From Prosthecobacter sp. (GTDB lineage: Bacteria; Verrucomicrobiota; Verrucomicrobiia; Verrucomicrobiales; Verrucomicrobiaceae): a stretch of DNA of 52,411 nt. The position numbers were made by a program, and so were the translations under genes. The notes under the pieces were generated by a model. It ran no database searches. It was not told the origin of the DNA and saw only the letters and a program-made list of their open reading frames with translations. This document shows positions 37,453 through 46,644 of the stretch, one piece after another. The first letter of the stretch is position 1. The number at the start of each line of letters is the position of its first letter. Where the stretch lies: assembly GCF_044373815.1 (NCBI RefSeq), contig NZ_JBIPNG010000001.1, positions 1 to 52,411 of the forward strand. The letters are read 5' to 3'.

Positions 37453-37875
37453 TCACGCCAGCTTCGCTTCCATCGTGATTGTCGCATTCAGCAGCTTGGA
37501 CACGGGACACCCCGCCTTGGCTTTACCCGCGAGGTCTTGGAAGGTGGCGTCGTCGATGCCAGGGATGACGGCGGTCACATCGAGGTGGCTGGCCGTGATG
37601 GCAAAGCCCCCGTCTTTCCGTTCCAGCGTGATGGTGGCACTGGTGTCGATCTTGTCGGGGGTAAATCCAGCGCCGCCCAGAATCATGGAGAAAGCCATCG
37701 AGAAGCAGCCCGCGTGGGCCGCACCGATGAGTTCTTCAGGATTTGTACCCTGCTCGCCTTCGAATCGAGTCTTGAAAGAGTAGGGTTTGTCAGTGAGCGC
37801 ACCGGAGCCGGTGCTGAGAGTGCCGGTTCCTTCTCTGAGGGACCCCTGCCATTGCGCGGATGCTTTTTGTTACAT
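37453..37875 (-). pseudogene. osmC: OsmC family peroxiredoxin with a nonsense codon at position 2
   Basis: ATG TAA CAA AAA GCA... gives M*QKASAQWQGSLREGTG...YSFKTRFEGEQGTNPEELIGAAHAGCFSMA...AGCPVSKLL; 141 codons, otherwise intact. Confidence 0.85.
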
Positions 37876-37929
37876 GATCGTGTGGATGAGAGTTTGTCAG
37901 GAAAACCCATTCTACGATTGGCGGTAAAA

Positions 37930-39378
37930 TCAGGACTTCGAAATTCGTGAGACAATCACCTCAGAGGTCTTCCGGTCGATGGAATACAGCACTCCGTCTT
38001 TACCGCGATCCCAGGCGAAGGCCTGTCCGTGGGCGCTGATCGGTATCGCGCTCTGCCAGAGCAACACGTCACCCTTGGCCGGGAGATCGAGCACATACAA
38101 CTCCTGCGCATCATGGCCGGTGATGAAGAGATGCCCGGCAGGCCCAAAGCTGCCGCCGGAACTGCTGTTCTTGCCAAACTTCGCCGCCACTTCGCTCGGA
38201 AATTTCAGTTCTCCGAGATTCTTCCACTGGGCATCAAACATCACGATCCGCGTCTTCGCAGGATCACCGGTCTTCGCATACTGCGCAAAACAGGCATACC
38301 AAAGCCCATCGCGCCGGTCCACCCAGGTCAGCGAGCCGTCGGCGTCCGTCAGGTCAATGGACTCCAAATGCAGCATCGTCTGTGGATCCCAAATCTCCAC
38401 GGAGCTCGTCATCGGCATCTCAGGGTAGTTGGAATGCGCGCAGTAGAGCTTCCCATCAAGCACGACTCCCGCGTTCAGATGCTTGATGTGTCCCTCCTTC
38501 GCCTCCTTCCAGCCGCCGACACGTTCGCCGCTGTCTTTGCGATATTTGCCGATGGCCGCGTTCGTGATCGCATAAAAATAAGTGTCATCCACTGCCACAC
38601 CTTGATGCGCCTCCTCAGCCTTGAATCGTTTCATCTCTTGGTGCCGCAACGCAGATTTTTTCGCAGGCTTGGGTTTGGGGTTCAGCAGCTCCTGAATACG
38701 CGCCTCTTCTTTTTTCAATGCAGCCTCGGACACGGGCATGGGCGTGAGGTTTTCACTCACCAGCGGCTCGTCAGCTGGAATCGTGCGCCAGCGCAGGTTC
38801 TTGAACCACACATCGGCGCCATGATCCTGCAGCCAGAGATTACCACCCCGCTTTGCAAGGTCCGTGCCTCGATAGCTGACCAGTTTGATGGCGTCTTTCC
38901 AGCGCGGATCGGCATAGTCGAAATCGACCACTTTCTCTCCGTTCAACCAATGCTGGATGACGCTGCCCTTGCAGATGACGCGCGCCTCATTCCACTGCTC
39001 AAATGGTCGAACCACATCCTTGGTCGGGGCCATGCAGAAGAACAGTGAGCCCGCACTCTGCCGCGGATTTTCGCCGTAGGGGCTGTTGGCGTTGTCGAGC
39101 AATTGATACTCATACTGACCCGGCCGGTAATACACACCGCTGTTGCAGCCCTTCGCCACTTTCCACTCAAAGCGCAGCTCGAAATCATCCGGCACCTTCG
39201 CCTTTTCATAGGTCAATGAGCCGCCCTTCTTCACGCGTGCGATCTCGCCATTCACCACCGTCCAGTTGCCATCATGCTTCCAGCCATCAAGGGTTTTGCC
39301 GTCGAATAGGGATTCGAAGCCGGGCTCCAGCGCGAGCACGGAGCTTGTGAATGCCAGGAGAAGGAGAAAGTGTTTCAT
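37930..39378 (-). CDS. Secreted DUF1080 (3-keto-glycoside-processing family) domain fused to a beta-propeller-like domain
   Basis: GFESLFDGKTLDGW, DFELRFEWK, NSGVYY, EYQLLD, LQDHG..VWFKN; second domain AHQGVAVD...HLNAG...CAHSNYP...GQAFAWD. Confidence 0.8.
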   Translation of the reverse strand: MKHFLLLLAFTSSVLALEPGFESLFDGKTLDGWKHDGNWTVVNGEIARVKKGGSLTYEKAKVPDDFELRFEWKVAKGCNSGVYYRPGQYEYQLLDNANSPYGENPRQSAGSLFFCMAPTKDVVRPFEQWNEARVICKGSVIQHWLNGEKVVDFDYADPRWKDAIKLVSYRGTDLAKRGGNLWLQDHGADVWFKNLRWRTIPADEPLVSENLTPMPVSEAALKKEEARIQELLNPKPKPAKKSALRHQEMKRFKAEEAHQGVAVDDTYFYAITNAAIGKYRKDSGERVGGWKEAKEGHIKHLNAGVVLDGKLYCAHSNYPEMPMTSSVEIWDPQTMLHLESIDLTDADGSLTWVDRRDGLWYACFAQYAKTGDPAKTRIVMFDAQWKNLGELKFPSEVAAKFGKNSSSGGSFGPAGHLFITGHDAQELYVLDLPAKGDVLLWQSAIPISAHGQAFAWDRGKDGVLYSIDRKTSEVIVSRISKS

Positions 39379-40253
39379 GCGTGGTTCAAAGTACGATTTA
39401 CCTGCCTGCGGAAGCCGTTCAAGCGCAGCGAGCCATCAGCCATGATGTCGAGCATCGAGTAGCCGTTGTTTTCCATGCCGCTGCCCTCCACCATGGCGAC
39501 GAGCGTGGTGAAGTGGATGCCAGCGATTTGCTGATAGTCGTTCTTGTGCGAGTGGCCCTGGAACACAGCGAGCACCTTGCCGGACTTCTCCAGCAGCGCA
39601 CGCACTTCGGCGGCGTTGCACACGGCGTGCGCCTTGTCCATGTCGAGCCGTTGATGCGCGAAGACAACCACCGGACCGCCTGCCTTGGCCAGCGAAGCCT
39701 CCAGCCATTCCAGCTCCGCCTTGGGCAGATTGGCATCCTGCCAGTTGAAATTCTTCCGTTCATACGGTGTGCCATCCTCACGGAAGCAGGCGTCGAGAAT
39801 CAAAAACGTCACCCCATTCTCTTCAAATGCTGCATGCCCTCCCGTCGCCTTCGTGTGAGCGGCAAACTCCTGCTTCGTCAACGTGCCCACGCAGTGATTT
39901 CCCAACACATAATGCCTCGGAATCGCGAGCCGGGCGAATTGCGATTCCATCGTCTTCAGCCATTCGATCTCACGCTCCACTGAATCCGCCTGATCGATGA
40001 AATCACCCAGCTCGATCACTAATGCCGGCTTTTCACGATTCATGACCTCCACCGCCTCATCCAGCTTCGCCAGTGCCTCGCGGTAGAACCGCGTCTTGGT
40101 GGGCTCCTTGTCCGCATAATGCAGATCCGTCATCAAGCCGACACGCAGAAGGGGTTTCGCCGCAGTATCAGCAGCGAGAATTCTATCAGCCCCGATACCG
40201 GCAAGGCAAAGGGAGCTGTGATGGAGAAAGGCGCGGCGAGAAATAGAAGACAT
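39375..40253 (-). CDS. Calcineurin-like metallophosphoesterase with a Tat signal
   Basis: SRRAFL; DLH, GDFID, GNH, H, GHSH motifs. Confidence 0.88.
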   Translation of the reverse strand: MSSISRRAFLHHSSLCLAGIGADRILAADTAAKPLLRVGLMTDLHYADKEPTKTRFYREALAKLDEAVEVMNREKPALVIELGDFIDQADSVEREIEWLKTMESQFARLAIPRHYVLGNHCVGTLTKQEFAAHTKATGGHAAFEENGVTFLILDACFREDGTPYERKNFNWQDANLPKAELEWLEASLAKAGGPVVVFAHQRLDMDKAHAVCNAAEVRALLEKSGKVLAVFQGHSHKNDYQQIAGIHFTTLVAMVEGSGMENNGYSMLDIMADGSLRLNGFRRQVNRTLNHA

Positions 40254-40297
40254 GGCGTGTGAAAACGAGACCCAGCCCTTTTTTTGCCGTCAAATCA

Positions 40298-41566
40298 TCA
40301 TGCCTTTTCGAGAATGCCCTTCACGTGCTGCATCGACTTGCCGAAGCATTCATGCACATAAACCATGGCCTTCTTCACTTTGTCCTGGGCCGCAGGGTAG
40401 TCGGCATCGATGGCGAACAGAGTCTCCGCCATCTTGTCCGCTGGTGTCTCGTCCATTTCCAGCAGCCATTCACCCAGGCCGATGTCCTTGAACATCCAGC
40501 ACTTTGGCGAGTGGAACTCGGAGTAGGTGTGGATGATCGGCGTGCCGTTTGCCAAGGCGATAATTGGTGAATGCGGCTCGTGGCAGACGATGGTGTGGGC
40601 GCGCGCAAAAATGGAGGCGGCCTCGTCGGCATTCCAGAAGTACTCCAGATTCACGACGTGCTTCTGAATCTCCGGCGGGAGCGGGTCGTGGATGAGGCGC
40701 TTGTTGTGCTCCATCTCCTTCTTCACCTCAGGGGCGATGAGTACTTTGTGCCCGGTCTTCTTGACCCACATCGTGACGAGCTCCCGATACTTAGCCGCAC
40801 GGCGTTCATCATCGGCGATCTGCTCAGGGGTGGGATGCAGCGGGTTGAGCTTCGGGGTGCGGGTGTCATCCACGCCGGGCAGTTTGGCCGTGTTGGTGCG
40901 CAGTTGGAGGGTGATGAACTTCCGCTCTTCCAATCCGAGTTTCTTCATGATCGCCAATCCGCGCATGTCATCGCGCACGTCGATGCCGAAACAGCCGTCC
41001 GGCCCGAACTCAAGCACGGGCGTCTTGATACCAGCGCCATTGAGGATTCTCAGAGTCTTCGTCTCACGTGTGTAGATGAACGAAGCCGCATTCAGCAAGG
41101 CGATGCGCTCCTCCGCGCCTTTGCCTTCCACCATGCTGGCGAAATACGACTGCCCAAACAGTCCATAAGACCTGCCTGCCTTCTGGCAAAACTGCATGAA
41201 GCTGATGTCCTGACCCATGCCGGAGTTGCGGATGAACAGATCGCAGCCCATGATCGCCTGCCGCAGCGCCTCGTCCTTTTCACCTTTGCCTGTGAGGCTG
41301 CCCTGCAGAATCTCCACCTTGGGAAAGCGCGTCTTGAGCATCGCGGTGACGCGTTCGTCCAGCTTCATCGCCCACAGCACCACCTTCACCTCCGGCAGAT
41401 GCTCTTTAATGACACGCAGCGTTCCCGGCGTGTGACCGATGTCACCGATGTTCACTGTATCCCAGGCAGATTGCAGCAGAATGGTCTTCGGCTTTCCATT
41501 GGCGGCAAAAACAGAACCACCAAGCGCGGCGGTGACGGAGGCGATGAAGTGACGGCGGGTAGGCAT
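40298..41566 (-). CDS. Polysaccharide pyruvyltransferase-family protein with a Tat signal
   Basis: TRRHFI; NIGDIGH, GQS, YTRET, GPD, HSPIIALANGTP. Confidence 0.78.
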   Translation of the reverse strand: MPTRRHFIASVTAALGGSVFAANGKPKTILLQSAWDTVNIGDIGHTPGTLRVIKEHLPEVKVVLWAMKLDERVTAMLKTRFPKVEILQGSLTGKGEKDEALRQAIMGCDLFIRNSGMGQDISFMQFCQKAGRSYGLFGQSYFASMVEGKGAEERIALLNAASFIYTRETKTLRILNGAGIKTPVLEFGPDGCFGIDVRDDMRGLAIMKKLGLEERKFITLQLRTNTAKLPGVDDTRTPKLNPLHPTPEQIADDERRAAKYRELVTMWVKKTGHKVLIAPEVKKEMEHNKRLIHDPLPPEIQKHVVNLEYFWNADEAASIFARAHTIVCHEPHSPIIALANGTPIIHTYSEFHSPKCWMFKDIGLGEWLLEMDETPADKMAETLFAIDADYPAAQDKVKKAMVYVHECFGKSMQHVKGILEKA

Positions 41567-41596
41567 GGTTGGGAGGCAGTGAAACTGAATTGAACG

Positions 41597-43180
41597 TTAA
41601 AATTCAGGAGGACCGTTGAGATGTTCACACTTCTCCGGCAATCCGGGAATGAAATCGACCACCTGCTTCTGGGCGCGCAGCTTGTCCTGCAATGGGGCCA
41701 ACGGCACATTCTGCACGGTGGCACCATCCTTCACCGCCAGCGCAGCAGCGATGCCTGCGGCGTGACCGGTGATCATCCACACGCTCTCCAGCCGCAGCGT
41801 GCAAAAGGCCACATGGGTGTAGCTCGCAGCGCCGGGCACCAGCAAGTTGGTGCATTCGGAGGCTTTCGGTATCAGCGCCCGATACGGAATCTGATAAGCG
41901 TAGCCCATGCGCCAGATGCGGCCTTCATTGACGAACTCGTTTTCATTCAAGGCCACACGCTGAACATGATGGCAGTCGATGAAATGGCTGCTCATGCCGA
42001 TACTGTCCGGCTTGCGGCGGTCTTCCTGCACATCCTGCTGCGTCACGACATGTTCGCCGCGCATCCGCCGTGCCTCGCGTACGTAGAGCTGATAGGGCAG
42101 GCTGCCATTGTCAGTGAACTCATTCTTGTGCAGGCCCAGCGCCTTCATCTCCTCCTGCACGTTCGCAGGCACTGCGGCATCCGTGGCGAGGAAGTGCAGC
42201 AGACCGAGCGTGTAATCCATGTGATCCTGGTAAATGCGGGCACGCTCTTCGTAGGTGGCATTGGGCCAGTCAAACTGACCGCCAAAATGTCCCAGAGAGT
42301 AGATGGCGGACTGCTTGTTGTTCAGTTCAAACTTGCCATTGCGACGTCCGTAGAGGTCGATGATGTCCGCAAGTTTCACCGGCTTCTTTTGCTGGGTCTG
42401 ATCGCTAAGCCAGCTGGCCAGCAGCGCGTAACGCTTCTCGTCGTAATGCTTCGGCACTGGGATGGGCACCTGCAGCTTGGGATCCTTTGCCACCGTGAGG
42501 CGGAAATTGTAGTTCATCGGTGCACGATGGGCATCGCCTTCATACAAATCTTTGGCCCACGCACTGATACCAGGGAGCAACGTTCCAATCTCATCCACCG
42601 TCCGGGCTTGGCGCGCTGTCTTGTCAAAACGGACGCCCGCAGCCTCTTCGCCAAACTCCGCCTTTGCCTCGCGACCGACTGCGTATTTGACACCAGCACG
42701 CGCCATGAGATCGCCTTCGTAACCTGCGTCGATGAAGACTTTCGCCTGTAGCTTGGAACCATCCGTAAGGGTAATGGCAGTGATGCGCGCGCCATCTTTT
42801 TCCACTGTATCCACCGACGCACCAGAACGCACCTCCACGCCCGCCTCACGCATCATTTCGAGGTAGATTTTTTCGGCGATGCTGGACTCAAAGAAATACT
42901 CCGGACCACCGGTCTGATAGTGGGCGCCGAGGCGGCGATAAAATTCATCCGCAAAACCACCGATGGTCCATTTCAGCATGTGCTCGCTCTCGGCAGTGTT
43001 GATGCCGCTCGTGCTCAAACCGCCGACGTGCTTCGTCGGCTCAATAAGCACAACTTTGGCCCCTTCACGCGCAGCCACGATGGATGCCGCGATGCCACAG
43101 GGCACACCGCCATACACCACGATGTCCGCAGCTTTGAGGTGGGTGACGCAGATCAAACAAGCGAAGAAAAATGTCTTCAT
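41597..43180 (-). CDS. Secreted FAD-dependent oxidoreductase
   Basis: DIVVYGG...AAREG, FIDAGYEGDLMA, YVREARRM, DCH, YQIPYRAL, LRLE. Confidence 0.85.
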   Translation of the reverse strand: MKTFFFACLICVTHLKAADIVVYGGVPCGIAASIVAAREGAKVVLIEPTKHVGGLSTSGINTAESEHMLKWTIGGFADEFYRRLGAHYQTGGPEYFFESSIAEKIYLEMMREAGVEVRSGASVDTVEKDGARITAITLTDGSKLQAKVFIDAGYEGDLMARAGVKYAVGREAKAEFGEEAAGVRFDKTARQARTVDEIGTLLPGISAWAKDLYEGDAHRAPMNYNFRLTVAKDPKLQVPIPVPKHYDEKRYALLASWLSDQTQQKKPVKLADIIDLYGRRNGKFELNNKQSAIYSLGHFGGQFDWPNATYEERARIYQDHMDYTLGLLHFLATDAAVPANVQEEMKALGLHKNEFTDNGSLPYQLYVREARRMRGEHVVTQQDVQEDRRKPDSIGMSSHFIDCHHVQRVALNENEFVNEGRIWRMGYAYQIPYRALIPKASECTNLLVPGAASYTHVAFCTLRLESVWMITGHAAGIAAALAVKDGATVQNVPLAPLQDKLRAQKQVVDFIPGLPEKCEHLNGPPEF

Positions 43181-43187
43181 GGTGGGT

Positions 43188-45233
43188 TTAGTGGTTAGAC
43201 TCGATGAGTTGCAGCGCATCCAGAATCACAAACCCTGCTGTGCCGGTATTGCTGACAGTGATGACTGTTTCAACACCGCCATCAAGCTGCACGCTGCCAA
43301 TGGTGCGAAACGCCTCCCCAGCGGCCAGCGGCAGCGTTTGATCGACAATAATATCAGTCTTGCGTCCGCCGCATTGAATCGTCACTGGCACCTTTGCTGC
43401 ACGAGTCTCATGAGGCGAATAGGCCATGCGCAGCTCGTAGCTGCCTGTCTTGAGCGCTTTGCAGCGAAAGATGGCGATGGACTGGCCGTCGGCGCGTTTG
43501 TCATCATGGAGATAGCCGGTGCCGATGTGTGGCTTGAAGCCGGAAGAGCGGCTCCATTGGCCCTTGAGTTCGGCCTGCGAGTCATCCAGCACAATGCCGG
43601 GAAGGGTTTTTGGATCAACATTCATCGCACCCTTCGCTTCGGGTGGAACATCCGGCAGAACGGGCAGTTCAAGCACCTGTTTCTGCGCCAGAAGCCGCTC
43701 ACGCAGTGCGGCATACGGAAGTTTTTGCACAGCGAGGTTTTGCTTCGCACTCACAGCGGCGGCAATGCCTGCACTCTGGCCGAGAATCATCCACGTAGGC
43801 TCCACCCGGATCGATGAGATGCCCACATGCGTGCAAGACAGCGCAACGGGCACCAGCAAGTTGTCACATTCGGCAAGCTTTGGCGTGATGGCGCGATAGG
43901 GAATGTGATATGGATAGCCATGCCGCCGACCCGCCATCCGCACCGGCATGATGGTGCCCTCATCCGTGACCATGTCCTTCGTCCCCACTCGCTGGCAATC
44001 GTGCGAATCGATTGGAAAGGATGAGACGATGATGGCATCGTCCTTCTTCGGCTCGTCCATGATGTCTTTCTGCGAAACGACGTATTCACCGATCATGCGC
44101 CGACCTTCGCGCACGTAGAGCTGAGGTGACCAATGGCCATAAGCGGGGAATTCATCACGGCAGAGGCCGATCTCCGACATCTGCTGCCGCAGGTGCTCTG
44201 GCACGGCAGGATCGGTGCTGAGGAAATGATGCATCTCCAGCGTGTATTGCTTGTGCGCTTCCCAGATTTTCGCACGCATGCCTTCATCTGCCTCGCTCCA
44301 GCCGTTGCAGGCTCCCACGAGACCCATGGAGAACTGTTTGCCGATGCCGTTGTTTGCATCAAACTTGTTGCCCGGAAGCGGATAGAGGTCCCACAGCAGA
44401 TGCGGTTGCTTTTCTTGCGCAAAGTAGCGCCGCACGACTTCAAAGCGTGCAGGGTCATAGTGCGCAGGCTGCGGAAAGGGAACGCGATTTTCCGGGTCTT
44501 TCGTGACGCAAAGACGGAAGCTGTACACCATCACGTTCTTGTCGCCCGCCTCATCAGCACCAGCATCTATTGTCGTGATGAGCGGCAGCGGCTTGCCTGC
44601 GTCATCAAGGCCCGAGATGGCCAGCTTCGCCTTGGAATACTGCTTTCCGGCCAGAGGCTCGCCGAAGTCCTGCCGTCCTTCGCGGCCAATCGTCCAGCTC
44701 ACTCCGGCCGCCGCCATCAAATCTCCTTCATAGGTGCCATCCACGAACACCTTGGCTGCGAAATCACCGTCACTTGTGACTAGTTTTGTGATGTGATTGC
44801 CTTGTTTTGCCACTGATTGCAAAACTCGCTTCGTCAGCACCTTCACACCGGCTTCATCCAGCATCTGCTGCGTGATCTTTGCCACTATATGAGGCTCGTA
44901 GGTCCAGGGTTTGTGATCTTTGTCACTTACGCTGTAAGGCAGTGCGACACCGCGCATCTGGTAGTCTTTTTCGATGCGTGCATGCCATTCCTCGAACAGG
45001 CCAAGAACCGTACAGCGCACTGTTTGATTAGAGTCGCTGAAGCAGAGGCCGCCGGTGTTTACGCCGCCGACATGAGCGGTGGGCTCCAGAAGGATGACAG
45101 AGGCGCCCTCACGTGCTGCTGCGATGGCTGCGCAAAAGCCGCCCGGGGTGGCTCCATAGACAATGACGTCCGCCTCCGTGGCGGCATGTGCTGAGAAACT
45201 GAGTGCAAAGAGAAGCGAGACGAGGCGAGTCAT
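43188..45233 (-). CDS. Secreted FAD-dependent oxidoreductase with a C-terminal xanthan-lyase/golvesin-like carbohydrate-binding domain
   Basis: DVIVYGATPGG, DGTYEGDLMA, YVREGRRM, IDSH, IRVEP; C-terminal IVLDD..A...GQW...GYLHD...GFVILDALQL. Confidence 0.85.
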   Translation of the reverse strand: MTRLVSLLFALSFSAHAATEADVIVYGATPGGFCAAIAAAREGASVILLEPTAHVGGVNTGGLCFSDSNQTVRCTVLGLFEEWHARIEKDYQMRGVALPYSVSDKDHKPWTYEPHIVAKITQQMLDEAGVKVLTKRVLQSVAKQGNHITKLVTSDGDFAAKVFVDGTYEGDLMAAAGVSWTIGREGRQDFGEPLAGKQYSKAKLAISGLDDAGKPLPLITTIDAGADEAGDKNVMVYSFRLCVTKDPENRVPFPQPAHYDPARFEVVRRYFAQEKQPHLLWDLYPLPGNKFDANNGIGKQFSMGLVGACNGWSEADEGMRAKIWEAHKQYTLEMHHFLSTDPAVPEHLRQQMSEIGLCRDEFPAYGHWSPQLYVREGRRMIGEYVVSQKDIMDEPKKDDAIIVSSFPIDSHDCQRVGTKDMVTDEGTIMPVRMAGRRHGYPYHIPYRAITPKLAECDNLLVPVALSCTHVGISSIRVEPTWMILGQSAGIAAAVSAKQNLAVQKLPYAALRERLLAQKQVLELPVLPDVPPEAKGAMNVDPKTLPGIVLDDSQAELKGQWSRSSGFKPHIGTGYLHDDKRADGQSIAIFRCKALKTGSYELRMAYSPHETRAAKVPVTIQCGGRKTDIIVDQTLPLAAGEAFRTIGSVQLDGGVETVITVSNTGTAGFVILDALQLIESNH

Positions 45234-45269
45234 GGTTCACATAAGAACACGCCCCTCTCATTTTGGACA

Positions 45270-46175
45270 TCATTTTGTCCGTTCGGTCACGGCGCGATGC
45301 GCTGTCTCCTGTAAAAAACGGGCGTCTGTCGGATCCAGTCCCTTGGGCATGAAGGTGTTGCCTACGGCGCTCTCGCCAAACAGCACCTCGTACCAGACGC
45401 AGGCACCGAGGTATTCGCCAGCCATGCTGGCATGATGGCCGTCCATGCCGAGTGCGATTTTACCACCGTTTTTGGGCTTGGCCCAGCGCCAGCCGACGTG
45501 CAGGGAGTGTGTCTGATTCGGCAATTCCGGCTGTTTGGCCGCTTTGGGATTGAAGGTGGTATCTGTTTGATAAGCCCAACTCGGATCGGTGTCCGCGAGA
45601 TGGAAAGCGTCGCCGGTCGGGATGATGCGGGCACCAAATTCTGCGGCGATTTTGTCATAGGCGGAACGCAGGCCGGTATACATCTCCTCTTGTGACTTGA
45701 GATCACCTGGCTTGGAGAAGCGTGGATCGTCTTTTCGATATTCCCAGGTTTCGTGCACGAGCAGTTTCGCCTGGGGCGCGTGTTTGGTGATGTAGTCGCG
45801 CAACCAGCCTGCGTAGGGCTGATAGGTGGCGAAGTCGTGGCTCTTGATGCTGGCCTGCTGGATGGTGACGTAGTCCCACTTTTGCAGTTCGAGATTTTCC
45901 TTCAACCCGCGGCCACTTGTGTAGAGACCCGCCTTGTCCTTCGGGTCTGCTTCATGCTTCTGCGCTTTCTCGGCGTGCACCTGAAATGAGGCACCGCCGA
46001 TGACGAGGGGCTGATGAATGAGCGTGTGCCCGCCCGCCTTCGCCAGATCGCCGAGGTAATGCGTGGCATTGGCGGAGAAGCTGTTGCCGATGGTGAGCAA
46101 CTTCACCGTTTTGGCCTCGCCCGCGAAGGACGAGACGCAAAACAGCATCGCAGCGATCAGGACGAACGCTTTCAT
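45270..46175 (-). CDS. Secreted DUF4886 / SGNH hydrolase-like protein
   Basis: IGNSFS, WDYVTIQQAS, HETW, DGHHA...GEYL. Confidence 0.78.
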   Translation of the reverse strand: MKAFVLIAAMLFCVSSFAGEAKTVKLLTIGNSFSANATHYLGDLAKAGGHTLIHQPLVIGGASFQVHAEKAQKHEADPKDKAGLYTSGRGLKENLELQKWDYVTIQQASIKSHDFATYQPYAGWLRDYITKHAPQAKLLVHETWEYRKDDPRFSKPGDLKSQEEMYTGLRSAYDKIAAEFGARIIPTGDAFHLADTDPSWAYQTDTTFNPKAAKQPELPNQTHSLHVGWRWAKPKNGGKIALGMDGHHASMAGEYLGACVWYEVLFGESAVGNTFMPKGLDPTDARFLQETAHRAVTERTK

Positions 46176-46187
46176 GCAGCCAAGTGA

Positions 46188-46589
46188 TTAGTGGCAGCCG
46201 CAGCCTTCACCACAACCTTTGGAGAACACTTCGGCTTCCGCAGGCACTTCACCGCGTTCGAGGCTTTTGCCGACGTAGCTTGTGACCACTTCGGCGATGC
46301 CGCGCAGCACGTCCTGGGCTTCGATGAAGCTGAGGATGGCGGTGTTGGCATCGCACTGATCCTGCAGATCGGTGAAACGGGAAATTTCTTCTCCGCTGGG
46401 CTCTTCGCCGTTGTGCTGCTTCTGGTGCAGGGCGCGGCCGAGCGTGGCCATCTCGCGATAGAGAGACACTGCCGATTCATTGGCGAGGAAGGCTTCTGCT
46501 TTTTCGCGGGCATTTTTCACGTCGGTGTCGGCCACGAGGGTTTCGCACAGTTCGACGATCTTGGATTTGATTTGGGGGGATGCGGTCAT
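46188..46589 (-). CDS. YlbF/YmcA family (RicF-like) regulator
   Basis: 133-aa helical protein (LHQKQHNG, FIEAQ) ending GCGEGCGCH; TATAAT at 46602-46607 upstream on the minus strand. Confidence 0.7.
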   Translation of the reverse strand: MTASPQIKSKIVELCETLVADTDVKNAREKAEAFLANESAVSLYREMATLGRALHQKQHNGEEPSGEEISRFTDLQDQCDANTAILSFIEAQDVLRGIAEVVTSYVGKSLERGEVPAEAEVFSKGCGEGCGCH

Positions 46590-46644
46590 GGGGGAGGCGA
46601 GATTATAGGGGAAACGCCTTTGAACAGGAAAAAGTCAGACTTTT

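Noticed and set aside
37849-37874. TGTAACA on the minus strand at the osmC start as a third ECF promoter
   Set aside because: No CCTGAA at the 13-nt spacing; the match arises from the ATG-TAA lesion.
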